From Octopus bimaculoides (taxonomy: Eukaryota), in contig NC_069004.1 of assembly GCF_001194135.2 (NCBI RefSeq), positions 14,638,230 to 14,681,260 of the forward strand: DNA of 43,031 nt, written 5' to 3'. Within the stretch, counting starts at the first letter, position 1, and every line of letters begins with the position of its first letter. The notes below the pieces were generated by a model, which saw only the letters and a list, made by a program, of their open reading frames with translations, was not told where the DNA came from and searched no databases. Positions 11,047 to 23,509 of this stretch are shown in pieces. The translations under genes and the position numbers were made by a program.

Positions 11047-12299
11047 TATATTATAATAATAATGTTATGTTTTACGGAGGAAAATGATCCAAAACCATAT
11101 TTGTTCAGTCAAGCAAGAATGATTTTACACATGTCAAAATTTGAGTTCTTCCTGCTTGTGAGGGCCACAGTGGGACTGAACCTGAAACCACATGCTTGAT
11201 AGATGACCGTCTTAACTATGCATCCATATAGACAGGGAAAGGACGGAATTAAAGGTGTGTGTAGGTAGTATGATCACAACTCCCTGAATGACAGGGTTAA
11301 TGAAGTGGCAAAGGGTTTGGGGGTTAATTTTGATCTGAGGAGTACAAGAAGAATTGGAATCCTGAAGAACAGCTGCAAGAGACACCTTGGAACTGAAGAC
11401 TGATAGAACAGGACAGAACGTAGAATGGGGAAGGATGGGCGGGAATAAGATCTGTCTACTCTGTATTTGCATGGAACAGTAGTCATAAATAAATAGATGT
11501 TGGGTGGACGTGTGTAAAGTTTATGCTAATGTCACTTCTTCTCAAAAATACTCTTCTCTCTTTCTTTCCTTCTCTCCCTCTGTCTGTCTGTCTCTCTTTC
11601 TCTCTCTCTCTCTCTCTCTGAATTAGTAAGCAATATAGTTCAGGAAGTTTCATGAATTGGTTTTTGGTTTATCTTCTTGATTTTCCTTTTTTTTTTTTTT
11701 TCTTGATTTTGTTTTGATTTTGCTTTTATCCTTGTCAGTTCTGAAGACTTTGGTTCCTGTAACAGTCTTTGGTCTCTGGCGTCTTAAACGGATGGCATGT
11801 ATGTTGCTGCTGTTGTTGTTGTTGTTGTTGCTTCAGACGTTGATGTTGTGTTGTGTCCATTGTTCTTTTGTCTGGTGATTGACAACAGCAATGAACTAAC
11901 AGCAGAGTGTTTCATAATACGGACACCAATCATAACTCAACAACCTTTTAGTCAATAAGCAAGGTGAAGGGGAGTTAGAGTGGAGTAGCGTAGTGGTCAG
12001 ACAAATTGCAGTATAATCATTTATCATTTATCTTTTACTTGTTTCAGTCATTGGACTGTGGCCATGCTGGGGCATTGCCTTGAAGGATTTATATTAGTGT
12101 GCAATGGACAGAAATTAGTACTTTTGAACAGAAATGCCCTCCAGTGTTTGTATCCATTTCAGTTATTTCTTCTCAGTGTCAGCATTGCAATTTATATTCT
12201 GCAAGAATCTTGAAATGGGTACCAGACAAAATATTGAGGTGGGGAGACAATTATAACCAAATAAAACCATTGAAAGACAGTTCGCCTGTGTCACCAATG

Positions 12300-12902
12300 T
12301 CCAAATATTGGTTTCAAATTTTGGTACAAGGCCAGCAACTTCAAGGGAGGGAGTAAGTCGATTACATTGACCCCTGTGCTCTAATGGTCGATTACATTGA
12401 CCCCTGGCATGCTAACGGTTCTGCCAGCTCACTGTAGTTGCATATTGATTTCAAATTTTGACACAAAGCCAGGAATTTAGGGGTAGCGGGTAAGCTGATT
12501 ACATCAACCCCAGTACTCAGCTAGTACTTGTTTTATCAATCCGAAAGGATGAAAGGCAAAGTCGACCTTGGCGGAATTTGAACTCAGAACGTAACGGCAG
12601 ATGAGATACTGCTAAGCATTTCGCCCAGCGTACTAATATTTCTTATTTCTTTATTGCCTGCAAGGGGCTAAATATACAGGGGACAAACAAGGACAGACAA
12701 AGGGATTAAGTCATTTACATCAACTCCAGTGCGTAACTGGTACTTAATTTATCGATCTTAATAGGATAAACTGCAAAGTCGATCTTGGCCGAATTTGAAC
12801 TCGGAACGTAACAGCAGATGAACTACCGCTAAGCACTTCACTCGGCGTGCTAACGTTTCTGTCAGCTCGCCGCCTTGCTTATGTTTCTGCCAGCTCACCA
12901 CC
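12300..12902 (-). mobile_element. Nested SINE-B cluster: tail-b fragments and a full tail-a copy (12640-12874) inside a tail-b head
   Basis: Junction CTAATATTTC|TTATTTC at about 12642; the host head resumes at 12875-12902 (TTGCTTATGTTTCTGCCAGCTC). Confidence 0.85.
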
Positions 12903-13060
12903 TTAACCCTTTAGTGTTCAAATTACTCTGTCAAATGTAAAGCTTATTCATTCATATTGTCTGTATGTCTGTCTGTCATGTATTTTCTCATAGCTTTGAG
13001 ATTTTAATGATATTATTATCAATTTGTAGGATGACATTGTAGGGCAGGTGTCCTGTACAC
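12903..13060 (+). mobile_element. TTAA/CCC-type MITE, partial
   Basis: TTAACCCTTTAGTGTTCAAATTACTCTGTCAAATGTAA, homologous to 23047 and 42305. Confidence 0.65.
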
Positions 13061-13188
13061 GGTTGTTTTATTACTTTATGATTTTATTTAACGTATCTCT
13101 TTATCAGTGCACAGCATAGTATTTGATTCACCTGTTTATTGTTGTTGTTTATAGCTTTATGTGCTTTGTGATTCTGTTCCAAATGAGA

Positions 13189-13220
<32 letters not shown>

Positions 13221-13534
13221 NNNNNNNNNNATGGTTGCTATTATGCATAAGTGTCATAAGTCCAAAACATTGCTTTTTCAGAAAATGAAACAATAGTTTC
13301 ACCATTCCATACCATATCTTGGCGTCTGAAGCAACTGGAGATATAATAGTTTGACGAAAAGAACCACCTATTGCATGCAAAAATAAATATTGAGAAACGA
13401 ACGCATTTGGACATATGACAATTTAACATAATAGCAACAATATATATTCACATGTGGCTGTTTGGTTGAGAAGTTTGTTTCCTGGCCACAATGGTTATAA
13501 GTTCAGTCCTATTCCATGGTACCTTGATTGTCTT

Positions 13535-13897
13535 TTATTACCTCTGCTTTAACAAAGATGGACGTATTGTTTTCAGTTGTGTTTGTTTGTTTATTCGTGG
13601 ATAAGATATCTCAAGAAACGCTGGATGGATTCAGATGAAACTTTCAGGGATGTTTGGCCTCATGACTGGCATGAACTGATTAGATTTTGTAATCAATCTG
13701 GTACCGGACAAGGATTCTGGATTATTTTTCCTTTTTTTACTTAATTTTTGAGAGTGGTCGGTTTCATTTTTAGTATTCTCGTTTGTGAGAGCAGTCAAGT
13801 TTATTTCAGATATTCTTGTTTTAAAAATCATCTCTGGCTAATCATTGAGAGGATGTTGGTGTTGCCTTGGTGGAGATTTACGCACTCTGAGTGATTT
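13535..13897 (+). mobile_element. DINE-1/HINE-like non-autonomous Helentron-type element
   Basis: 5' TTACCTCTGC with degenerate subterminal inverted partner GGTGGAGAT near the 3' end, GTTT microsatellite after the 5' end, and terminal stem-loop CACTC-T-GAGTG followed by T-rich flank. Confidence 0.5.
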
Positions 13898-13929
13898 TGT
13901 GTGTGAGTGAATTTGGTTGGTGGAAACTG

Positions 13930-15250
13930 AAAAAACCCATTTTGTGTGTGTGTGTGTGTGTGAATGTGTGCATGCTTGTGTCTCACTGTCTTGACATTAT
14001 GTGATAGTTGTAGATGAGAGCTACTGTCATACAAGTGGTGTCATTCATTTCCAATATTGTCTGGCCTCGGAGAAATATTATTTTAGTTGGAAACAGAAAG
14101 AGCATCAACCCATAGAAAAATCTGCCTCAATAAACTCCATCTAACCCATGCAAGCATGGAAAAGTGAATGGTAAGATGATGGTGGTTGTGGTTGTGGTGG
14201 TGGTGGTGGTGTTTGTGTTATCATCATCATCATCATTATTTAATGCTTATTTTCCAGGCTGGCATGGGTTGTATGCTTTGACAGGATGTTTCAAGTCAGC
14301 AGTCAGCACCAAACTCTACTCTCTGCTTTGGCATGATGTCTGCAGCTGGATGCCCTTCCTAATGCCAACCACTTTTCAGAGTTTTTTGGGTGCTTTTAAT
14401 GTGACACCAGCAGCGGCGGGGTCACCAAGTAATTTGCAGGACAGGAGTAACTTGAAGGACAGAAAGGTGTCTTGTATTAGAAGAGAGACATTTGCATGAA
14501 TGTGTGTGTCTGTGTGTCCTTATCTTGACATAAGTTGCTAATTATAAACAAATGCCACTGTCATACAAGCTGTGTTATTTAATTGCAATCTTCCATGAAA
14601 ACATTCTGCAACTGTGTTGTTCATGCTCAAAGAGCTAAATGAAATATTATATTACTTGGAAGCAAGTAAGGTTTGGCAACATGAAGAGCATACAGCTGTA
14701 GAAAATCTGCCTCAACAAAATTTGCCTTACCCAAACAAGCAAGACAAGGTGAGCATCAAAACATTGATAATGCTCGTCATCATTTAACATCCACATTGCC
14801 AGTGTTGGTGCCACTTAGAAAGCATCCAGTCCACACTGAAAAGCGGTTGGCATTTGGAAGGGCATCCAGCTGTTAAAAACCATGCCAAAACTGACCTCAC
14901 CTGTCCTGGTGCCACATAAAAAGCACTCAGTCCACTCAGCCCACCCAGCAGGGTGGTTGGTGTTAGGAAAGGCATCCAGCCGTAAAACCCATACTAAAAC
15001 AGACACAGAAGTATGGTGCAAGCTTCTGTCAAACCATCCAACTCATGCCAGCATGGATGGAGGATTTTAAACGATGATGATGTTCCATATTGGCATAGGT
15101 TGGATGGTTGGACAAGATCCAAGGACTGCATTGTGCTCCAGTGTCTAATTTGGCATGGTTTCTGACAGTTGGATGCCTTTCCTAATACCAACCACTTCAC
15201 AGACTGTCCTGGCTGCATTTTACATAGTACCAGCATTTGTGAGGTCACCA
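13930..15250. mobile_element. Cluster of SINE-D / RTE-tailed fragments in both orientations
   Basis: Repeated GGAAGGGCATCCAGC and ACCCATGC(A/C)AGCATGGA...TTAAACGATGATG modules; plus copies near 14030-14190, 14510-14770 and 14800-15085; minus copies near 14225-14420 and 15090-15250. Confidence 0.75.
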
Positions 15251-15544
15251 TGCCACACCCAAGACTATGGAACCTGAGGTGAGAAAGGGTAGCTTTATGC
15301 TTGGAGATGGTTAAGGTATGAGAGAAGTGGGTGGGGTATAGGTTTTTGTTGTAGGAGCCACATAGCTACTCACATTTAGAGGAGAGAGTGAGACAGAATC
15401 AGAAATAATTACAAAGAGATAAATAATTGTTATAATTGTTGGGGTATCTTGGTGGTCCCTTAAGGTATGACGTGAGCAGAAGTAGGTGGGGACAGAGAGA
15501 CTAAGAGAGTAAGTGGGTGGACATTTGCTAGAGTGTATTGTGTT

Positions 15545-15747
15545 ACTTGTAGTAGTAGTTGTAGTAGTAGTAGTAGTTGTGGCCACCTTAGTTGTTTTGG
15601 TGGTGGTGGTGGTGGTGGTGGTGGTTGTTCAAGTAGTAATAGTAGTAATAGTATCAATAAGTGCCTCTACAGGAAGGTATGAATAGTGAAGTTGTAGCAG
15701 AACTGAATTGTCCAGCTGTGACTATCTTGTGTGTGTATGTATATTTA

Positions 15748-15790
<43 letters not shown>

Positions 15791-15830
15791 GGGTGTGTGT
15801 ATATGTATGCGCGTGTGTGTGTGTGTCTAT

Positions 15831-15879
<49 letters not shown>

Positions 15880-16520
15880 CACATTCACATACACACACAG
15901 ATACATATATATATGTGGACACAAATAAATCAAGATGTTTGAGGTCAATAGGTTTGTTTTTGATAAATAAAAGTGAGAATCAATAGGTTTGTTAAGTGAA
16001 ACGAGATTTTTGTTGGATGTGTTGAAGTTGTTGTTGTTGTTGGTGGTGGTGGTGGGCAGTGATGGTGGTGAGGGGGGACTGTCAAGCAAGACCATCTATG
16101 TACACAGCTTTATAATGCTGGTCATCCGTGTTGTTGCGAGAACACTTCTGCTTGAGACAAACGCACAGACACACACACACATAAATGCACACTCGTATAC
16201 AAGCAAACACACACGCTCACTTGCAAACACTCTCACAAACACATATAAATGCACAAACACACACATGCACGCACAAATACGTACACTCACAAATACACGC
16301 ACACACCCAAACACTCTCAATCACGCACAAACACATNNNNNNNNNNNNNNNNNNNNNNNNNNNNNNNNNNNNNNNNNNNNNNNNNNNNNNNNNNNNNNNN
16401 NNNNNNNNNNNNNNNNNNNNNNNNNNNNNNNNNNNNNNNNNNNNNNNNNNNNNNNNNNNNNNNNNNNNNNNNNNNNNGTACTAAATATTCATGCACACAC
16501 ACACACACACACACACAAAG
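15545..16520. repeat. (AGT)/(GGT) triplet tracts and (TG)/(TA)/(CA) dinucleotide tracts
   Basis: Directly visible; includes gap 16337-16477. Confidence 0.85.
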
Positions 16521-17052
16521 GTTAACACTGGTCTGCAGTGTTGTTTACAGATTGGTTCTAATTTTAGACACAACAATGTCTACAAGTGGAACCACAACAT
16601 CACCAGCTGTTCCGAACCTTTTACTATCACAAACCATTTTGGAAAATCAATTGCCCTTTGCAACCCTACCCCAACCCCTCGCTTTTTTTTTTTTTCCTTT
16701 TTTGTAATATTTAAATAAAAATCAATTTTCCAGACATTGATAGGCACAGACATGGTTGTGTGGTTAAGAAGTTTGTTTTTTTCTGCCATGTGGTTTCAAG
16801 TTCAACCTCATCACGTGGCACTTTGAGCAAGTGTCTTCAACCTTTGTTTCAGAGCAAACATTACCTTATCAGTGAGGTGGATAGATGGAAGCTGTGTTAC
16901 GCTTGCTTGCTTGCTTCATGCTCTTACTTGATGGGAGTGGGGTCATCTCAGGTTAGTGGTCCCAGAGACATCATCTTGCATAGACCTGACCAGGTCCACC
17001 AGTGCTATCCATCACTGGTGGTCTCATACCCCCTCTGCATCTTCCATATATA

Positions 17053-17380
17053 TCATCATCATCATCATCATCATCATCGTTTAACGTCTGTTTTCCATGC
17101 TGGCATGGGTTGGACTGTTCGACTGGGGTCTGGGAAGCCAGAAGGCTGCACCTGGCCCCAATCTGATCTGGTAGTGTTTCTACAGCTGGATGCCCTTCCT
17201 AACGCCAACCTCTCCAAGAGTGTAGTGGGTGCTTTTTACGTGCCACCGGCACAGAGGCCAGAGTAGCTAGCATCAACCATGATTGGATGGTGCTTTTTAT
17301 GTGCCACCAGCACGGAAGCCAGTCAAAGTGGCACTGGCATCGGCCACATTCGGATGGTTCTTTTACGTGCTACTGGCATG
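17053..17380 (-). mobile_element. SINE-D (RTE-type tail with (GAT)n)
   Basis: Reverse-complement homologue of 38245-38508 and 30040-30313. Confidence 0.85.
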
Positions 17381-17591
17381 GGGCTCATATATATTTACAT
17401 TCAGTTAAATACATGTCCAGTCATAGAGTGACCAATGGTTTCACATCCATAAACTGCTTAGCTTTATGGATGACTCATCAGACTCTAATGGCAGAGGGTA
17501 TATAACCCCTCTTCAAACCAGAGGTAGAAATCCATTATGGTCAGTGTGCTTCTTTTTGGATATATGATCCACTGATGATATATATGTGTGT

Positions 17592-17975
17592 GTATAAGTG
17601 TGGCTGTATGGTGAGAAGTTTACTTCCCAACCACATGGTTCCAAGTTCAGTCACACTGCATGGCACCTTGAGCAAGTGTCTTCTGCTATAACCTTGGGCT
17701 GACCAAAGCCTTGTGAGTGGATTTGGTAGACAGAAACTGAAAAAAAGCCCAGCATGTCTGTGTGGGTGTGTGTGCATGCATGTGTGTGTGAATGTGTTTG
17801 TCCCACACCACCACTTGACATCTGGCGTTGATGTGTATTCACTCCTGTAACTTAGTGGTACAGCAAAAGTGACTGATAAGATCGGTACCATGCTTAACAA
17901 AAAATAAGTGCTCAGGTCAATGTGTTCAGCCAAAATTCTTCAAGGTGGTGCTCCAGCATGGCCATAGTCTGAATA
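17592..17975 (+). mobile_element. SINE-A, near full length
   Basis: Head TGGCTGTATGGTGAGAAG...GTTCCAAGTTCAGTC, core GCACCTTGAGCAAGTGTCTTC, internal TG tract, tail GGTGCTCCAGCATGGCC. Confidence 0.85.
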
Positions 17976-18339
17976 CATACAGACTTGAGGGAGATTTGGC
18001 TGCTATTTCTTGAAGTTCAAGCATCTGCATGAAAGCTTCCTCATTAGCTGTTATTCTTGCTGTTGTCGTTGATACTACTGGTGATGCTGTAAATGTTGCA
18101 CTTATAAACAGTAACACCGAAACAAAAAAATGGTGGGGAAGAGGTGGGTTATATACCCCCCCCCCCTCCTTCCTTCCTATGCATGCATCTCCGTCCTATC
18201 CTTTTATCTGAATTCATTCCTCAACTGAAATTTCACTAAATCTCATTCTTTGAAGTCTTATTTTTTATTTTTCTTAAATATAGCTTATATTTGTTTGTTT
18301 AAATTTTTTTTTTTGCACATATGTGTTCATACGTAAGTG

Positions 18340-18345
18340 TCTGTG

Positions 18346-18381
<36 letters not shown>

Positions 18382-18566
18382 NNNNNNNNNNNNNNNNNNN
18401 NNNNNNNNNNNNNNNNNNNNNNNNNNNNNNNNNNNNNNNNNNNNNNNNNNNNNNNNNNNNNNNNNNNNNNNNNNNNNNNNNNNNNNNNNNNNNNNNNNNN
18501 NNNNNNNNNNNNNNNNNNNNNNNNNNNNNNNNNNNNNNNNNNNNNNNNNNNNNNNNNNNNNNNNNN

Positions 18567-18613
<47 letters not shown>

Positions 18614-18890
18614 CACACACACACACATTCATATGTGTGTATATATGTATATATACATTTGTGTATATATATATATATGTTCATATACGTGTGTGTGTAT
18701 ATATATATATATATAAATATATACATATACACACACATACATACATGCATATAAATGTATATATTTATATATACAAATATATACATATCAATACATACAT
18801 ATGTGTGTGTGTGTATATATATAAATATGTACACACACGTACACACATATATGTATATATAAATATATGGCTGTGTGTATGTATGTATGT
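18340..18890. repeat. (TA)/(CA)/(TG) microsatellite field around a gap
   Basis: Directly visible. Confidence 0.95.
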
Positions 18891-19104
18891 TGTTTTTCTA
18901 TTTTCTTCTATTTGGTAATGGTAAATAATTAGAGAACCACACAAGTGTTAACTGTGAAACGTCTTTCACACCATATATTTTCACAGTGCATTCACATCAG
19001 CTGACAAACATTTGATGTGCTCTTGTTTTAAATACTTTATACCTTTGAACGATATAAAAATACCAGGACGATGATGCAAAAATAGAAAAAGAATTACAAA
19101 CTAG

Positions 19105-19148
<44 letters not shown>

Positions 19149-19164
19149 CTCCTTTTTTTTCTTT

Positions 19165-19615
19165 TCTTTTTTTTTTTTACTTGTTTCAGTCATTGGATTG
19201 TGGCCTTGCTAAGGCACTACCATGAAGGGTTTGGCTGAAATAAATTGACCTTAGTACTTTTGTTTCTTTCTTTCTCTTTTTCTTTGAAGCCTGGTTCTTA
19301 TTTATTTTTTTTTTGGTCTCTTTTAGTAAACTGCTCAGTTGCAGGGACAGAAACAAAACAACACCATTTGCTAAGCAGTGTGCATGGTGGACAAACACAA
19401 TGCGAATACATACACACATGAAAACACACACACACACACACACATGCATATATATGCAATGGGCTTCCTTCAGTTTCCATCTCCCAAATCCACTCACAAA
19501 GCTTTGGTCAGCCTGGGGCTATAGTATAAAAATTCTTACCCAGGGTGCCATGTAGTGGAACTGAACCCAAGACCACACAGTTGCAAAACAAGCTCCTCAA
19601 CCATACAGCCACACC
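19165..19615 (-). mobile_element. SINE-A
   Basis: Reverse-complement homology to 30319-30720 from tail to head. Confidence 0.75.
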
Positions 19616-20571
19616 TACACCCACCACACAACCATGCCATGTATTCCTTTATTCTTGTCTTTTATTGGTTTGAGTCATTGGATTGTGGCCATGCTGTAGC
19701 ATCACATTTCAAGGATTTTTGATACTCATGTCAGATTCAGTATTTAGTCTGGTACATATTTTTCAATATCTGTTTATCAAACAGCTATGTTTACCGTTTC
19801 TTATACGGACACATAACTCAGTAGAACTCCGCACCAGAGTGCTTTAATTCTTTTGTTGCCATATTTCTGTTGAAGTTTTTATTATTTTATTTATGCGCCC
19901 TTTTTAAAGCCTAGCCAGGCTCATGGGGCCCGGTTTCCCGGTTTCTATGGTGTNNNNNNNNNNNNNNNNNNNNNNNNNNNNNNNNNNNNNNNNNNNNNNN
20001 NNNNNNNNNNNNNNNNNNNNNNNNNNNNNNNNNNNNNNNNNNNNNNNNNNNNNNNNNNNNNNNNNNNNNNNNNNNNNNNNNNNNNNNNNNNNNNNNNNNN
20101 NNNNNNNNNNNNNNNNNNNNNNNNNNNNNNNNNNNNNNNNNNNNNNNNNNNNNNNNNNNNNNNNNNNNNNNNNNNNNNNNNNNNNNNNNNNNNNNNNNNN
20201 NNNNNNNNNNNNNNNNNNNNNNNNNNNNNNNNNNNNNNNNNNNNNNNNNNNNNNNNNNNNNNNNNNNNNNNNNNNNNNNNNNNNNNNNNNNNNNNNNNNN
20301 NNNNNNNNNNNNNNNNNNNNNNNNNNNNNNNNNNNNNNNNNNNNNNNNNNNNNNNNNNNNNNNNNNNNNNNNNNNNNNNNNNNNNNNNNNNNNNNNNNNN
20401 NNNNNNNNNNNNNNNNNNNNNNNNNNNNNNNNNNNNNNNNNNNNNNNNNNNNNNNNNNNNNNNNNNNNNNNNNNNNNNNNNNNNNNNNNNNNNNNNNNNN
20501 NNNNNNNNNNNNNNNNNNNNNNNNNNNNNNNNNNNNNNNNNNNNNNNNNNNNNNNNNNNNNNNNNNNNNNN

Positions 20572-20617
<46 letters not shown>

Positions 20618-20721
20618 CAGGTGTAGCTTCCCAACCATATGGTTCTGTGGCACCTTGAACAAGTGTCTTCTATTATAGCCTTTTGCACAAAACATGCATC
20701 AATAAAAATGGTATGTATATG

Positions 20722-21030
20722 GTGCAGGCATGACTGGTAAGAAGCTTACTTCGCAACTACATGGTTTCAAGTTCAGTCCCACTGTGTGACACCTTCGGCA
20801 AATGTCTTCTACTATAGTCTCAGGCCAACCAAAGCATTGTGAGTGGATTGGGTAGATGGAAACTGAAAGAAGCCCATTATAAATTTGTGTGTGCATGTAC
20901 ATGTGCGTGTTCCTTTGTATCTGTGTTTGTCTCCCACCACCACTTGACGATCGGTATTGGTGTGTTAACATCCCTTTAACTTAGCAGCTCAGCAAAAGAG
21001 TCCAATAGAATAGATACCAGGCTTAAAAAT
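20722..21030 (+). mobile_element. SINE-A (a second fragment at 20615-20680)
   Basis: GGTGCAGGCATGACTGGTAAGAAGCTT...GTGAGTGGATTGGGTAGATGGAAACTGAAAGAAGCC. Confidence 0.8.
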
Positions 21031-21894
21031 AATACAAAAAATAAAAGATATATGTATGGTGATCATCAGCTCACTTTTGAGCATAACCACTTTCTCATTG
21101 CATATGTCTGCAATGAGAAAGGTTTGATACCATTCTTAGCTTGGCTCCTTAAACACATACCTAAGCTTGATTTTCTTTTAAGTCTTTGGCAACAAATATG
21201 GCACATAATTTGGTTAAGAATCCTCCTGACAATAGTTCCACCCATGTGCATTTGTCCAGAATGGACAAATGCACAACATTTTGTCTCAGAGAAACATCTC
21301 AAAGACACTTGTATATTAAAATCACAGAGATCTACTTAGAATACCAGTGGATTGCCAATCACAGTGTTTCAAACACATTTGGTCTCTTCAAGAGACAAAT
21401 ACTTCAGATGTTCTGAGCTAAGCCAATAATACACGTTCTAAAAACATTTATTGATTTGTGCAAAAGTAAGCCAGTGTAGAATTAAAATTAATATACACAC
21501 TAGAAACTATTAGATTAAAACATGGGTATATATAACTTTATAATGTATACACAAACATAGAATGCTACTAGATGTAATATACTCAAGGAGACTCGTACTG
21601 TAAAAACACTGGGCTAGCAATCAACTGTCACTCAGAATGACAGTTGATTGCTAGACATACTGTTTCAACCTGATTTAGTCTCCTCAGTGGCAAATATCTT
21701 AGGTATGCCAGAAATGCTTGTTCTAGTTAAAAAAAATTGGTGGGCAATTCGTGTGAAAGCTAGCCAGTTTAGAATTCAATTGATATACATGCTTGAAACA
21801 GCCTTAGGTTAAAATATCAGGGTGTAATAAGATTTATAATGTGTATATATGTATGTCTGAACATGATGAGCTGACAAAGTCAGCATAATGGGTG

Positions 21895-22025
21895 AAATGT
21901 TCAGTGATATTCCATCTGTCTTTGTATTGTGAGTTCAAATTCTGCTGAGGCCAGTTTTGCCTTTCATCCTTTCAGGGCTGGTAAAATAAGTACCAGTTGA
22001 GAACTGGAGTCAATGTAATTGACTT
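21895..22025 (+). mobile_element. SINE-B fragment
   Basis: GAGTTCAAATTCTGCTGAGG..TTTGCCTTTCATCC..AAATAAGTACCAGTT. Confidence 0.7.
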
Positions 22026-22499
22026 AACTATTAACTACTCTTGGGGAAGAGTATAAAAACTGCACCCATCTGCCAAGCTATATTGAGCCAGGGTGGAAGA
22101 GTAGGCTCATCTAACCAGTATGATCTCAAGCTCAAATTCATGGCCTACACATCAGATTGCGGTAGGTGAAGAGAACATACTGAGGCATTCATCATGCAGT
22201 GGTCTGAACATAGGCAATCCAGTCCAATCCATATGTAGGTGTATGTATGAATGATAGTATGTTCTGTAGAGTTCTTTTCACTAAATTCTGCTCACAAAGA
22301 ATTGGTCAGCCTGAAGCTACAGTAAGACATTTGTCAGGTGATGTGCAGTAGGAATAGACAATTCATAGTTGTGATGTAGATCTCTTTCTTATTTGGTTGT
22401 GCTTGCAGTCATATGTGTTGTCATTTTGACCCTCACCTTACCTGCACCCTGCAACTCAACCCCTGATGGAGCAAAAATATGATCAAAAATGTTTGTTTT

Positions 22500-22720
22500 G
22501 ATATTGATTTCAAATTTTGGCACAAGGCCAGCAAGTTGGGGGAGGGGCAAGTCGATTGTATTGACCCCCAGCACTTAACTGGTACTTACTTTATCCGACT
22601 CCTGAAAGGAAGACAAGCAAAGTTAAACTCAGCGAAATTTGAACTCAGAATGTAAAGACAGACAAAATGTTGCTACGCATTTTGCCCGGCATGCTAACGA
22701 TTCTGCCAGCTCGTCACCTT
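22500..22720 (-). mobile_element. SINE-B (tail-b), full length
   Basis: Tail-b TTTCAAATTTTGGCACAAGGCC through head GCTAACGATTCTGCCAGCTC, with no nested copy. Confidence 0.85.
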
Positions 22721-23046
22721 AATGTTTGTTCTAATATTACCATCCTATCATATAAAATACATTTTTCTTTTCCTAAGATGTGACTTCAAGAAAATTCAGC
22801 TGATATTTCAGCTGGTTGAGCTCTTTCATAGTGATTACAGTTGTAGGAACATCACATGAATATTGAGGAAATTGAGAAAGGGAAAGAGTTAGTTTGGTCA
22901 GGAAGAATGGACCTTGTTAATGCTCTTCAGAATATTGATTCTCTAGATTTCTATCCCTTATTTATAAATTCCCAATCTTGTGCTATTTATAAGAAATCAT
23001 TACTATCTACAAGGATAGTTACTCTAAATAAGAAATCACTTGGATC

Positions 23047-23509
23047 ATAACCCTTCAGCATTCAGATTACTCTGTCAAATGTAACGCTTATTTATTTACA
23101 TTGTTTTGAATTAATAATGCATTATCCGTGGAGGTAACGAGCTGGCAAACTCGTTAACACAATAGGCAAAGTGCGTAACGGCATTTCATTTGTGTTTATG
23201 TTCTGAGTTCAAATTCCGCTGAGATTGACTTTGCTTTTCATTCTTTCGGGATCAGTAAAATAAGTACCAGTTAAACACTGGGGTCATTGTAATCAACTTA
23301 GCCCCCCCTCCCCCAAAATTGCTAACCTTGTGCTAAAATTTGATACCAATAATATATTATTTGATATCTTCAAAATTTTGATGATGTGATCGTATATTTT
23401 TAGAATGACATTGTAGAGTAGGTGTGAGAGGCTAGATCTGGCTGGTTTGGGTATAAAACAGGTAGGGTATTTGAGCCAGATGTAGCCAGGTTAAATACTA
23501 AATAGTTAA
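23047..23509 (+). mobile_element. TTAA/CCC-type MITE containing a nested plus-strand SINE-B (about 23130-23350)
   Basis: Left end ATAACCCTTCAGCATTCAG, right end TAAATACTAAATAGTTAA (degenerate inverted partner); the internal part matches 42305-42502 once the SINE is removed. Confidence 0.7.

Noticed and set aside
11735-11860. Minus-strand polyQ mini-ORF MDTTQHQRLKQQQQQQQQQH...
   Set aside because: 41 aa built on a (CAA/CAG) microsatellite, with no homology or convincing splice sites.
16569-16707. Acceptor plus ATG ORF MSTSGTTTSPAVPNLLL...
   Set aside because: No donor; the CAGCTGTTCCGAACCTTTT segment looks like a hAT TIR relic and the ORF ends in a T-run.
22856-23050. 64-aa ORF MNIEEIEKGKELVWSGRM...
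   Set aside because: No recognisable domain and no usable splice sites in frame.
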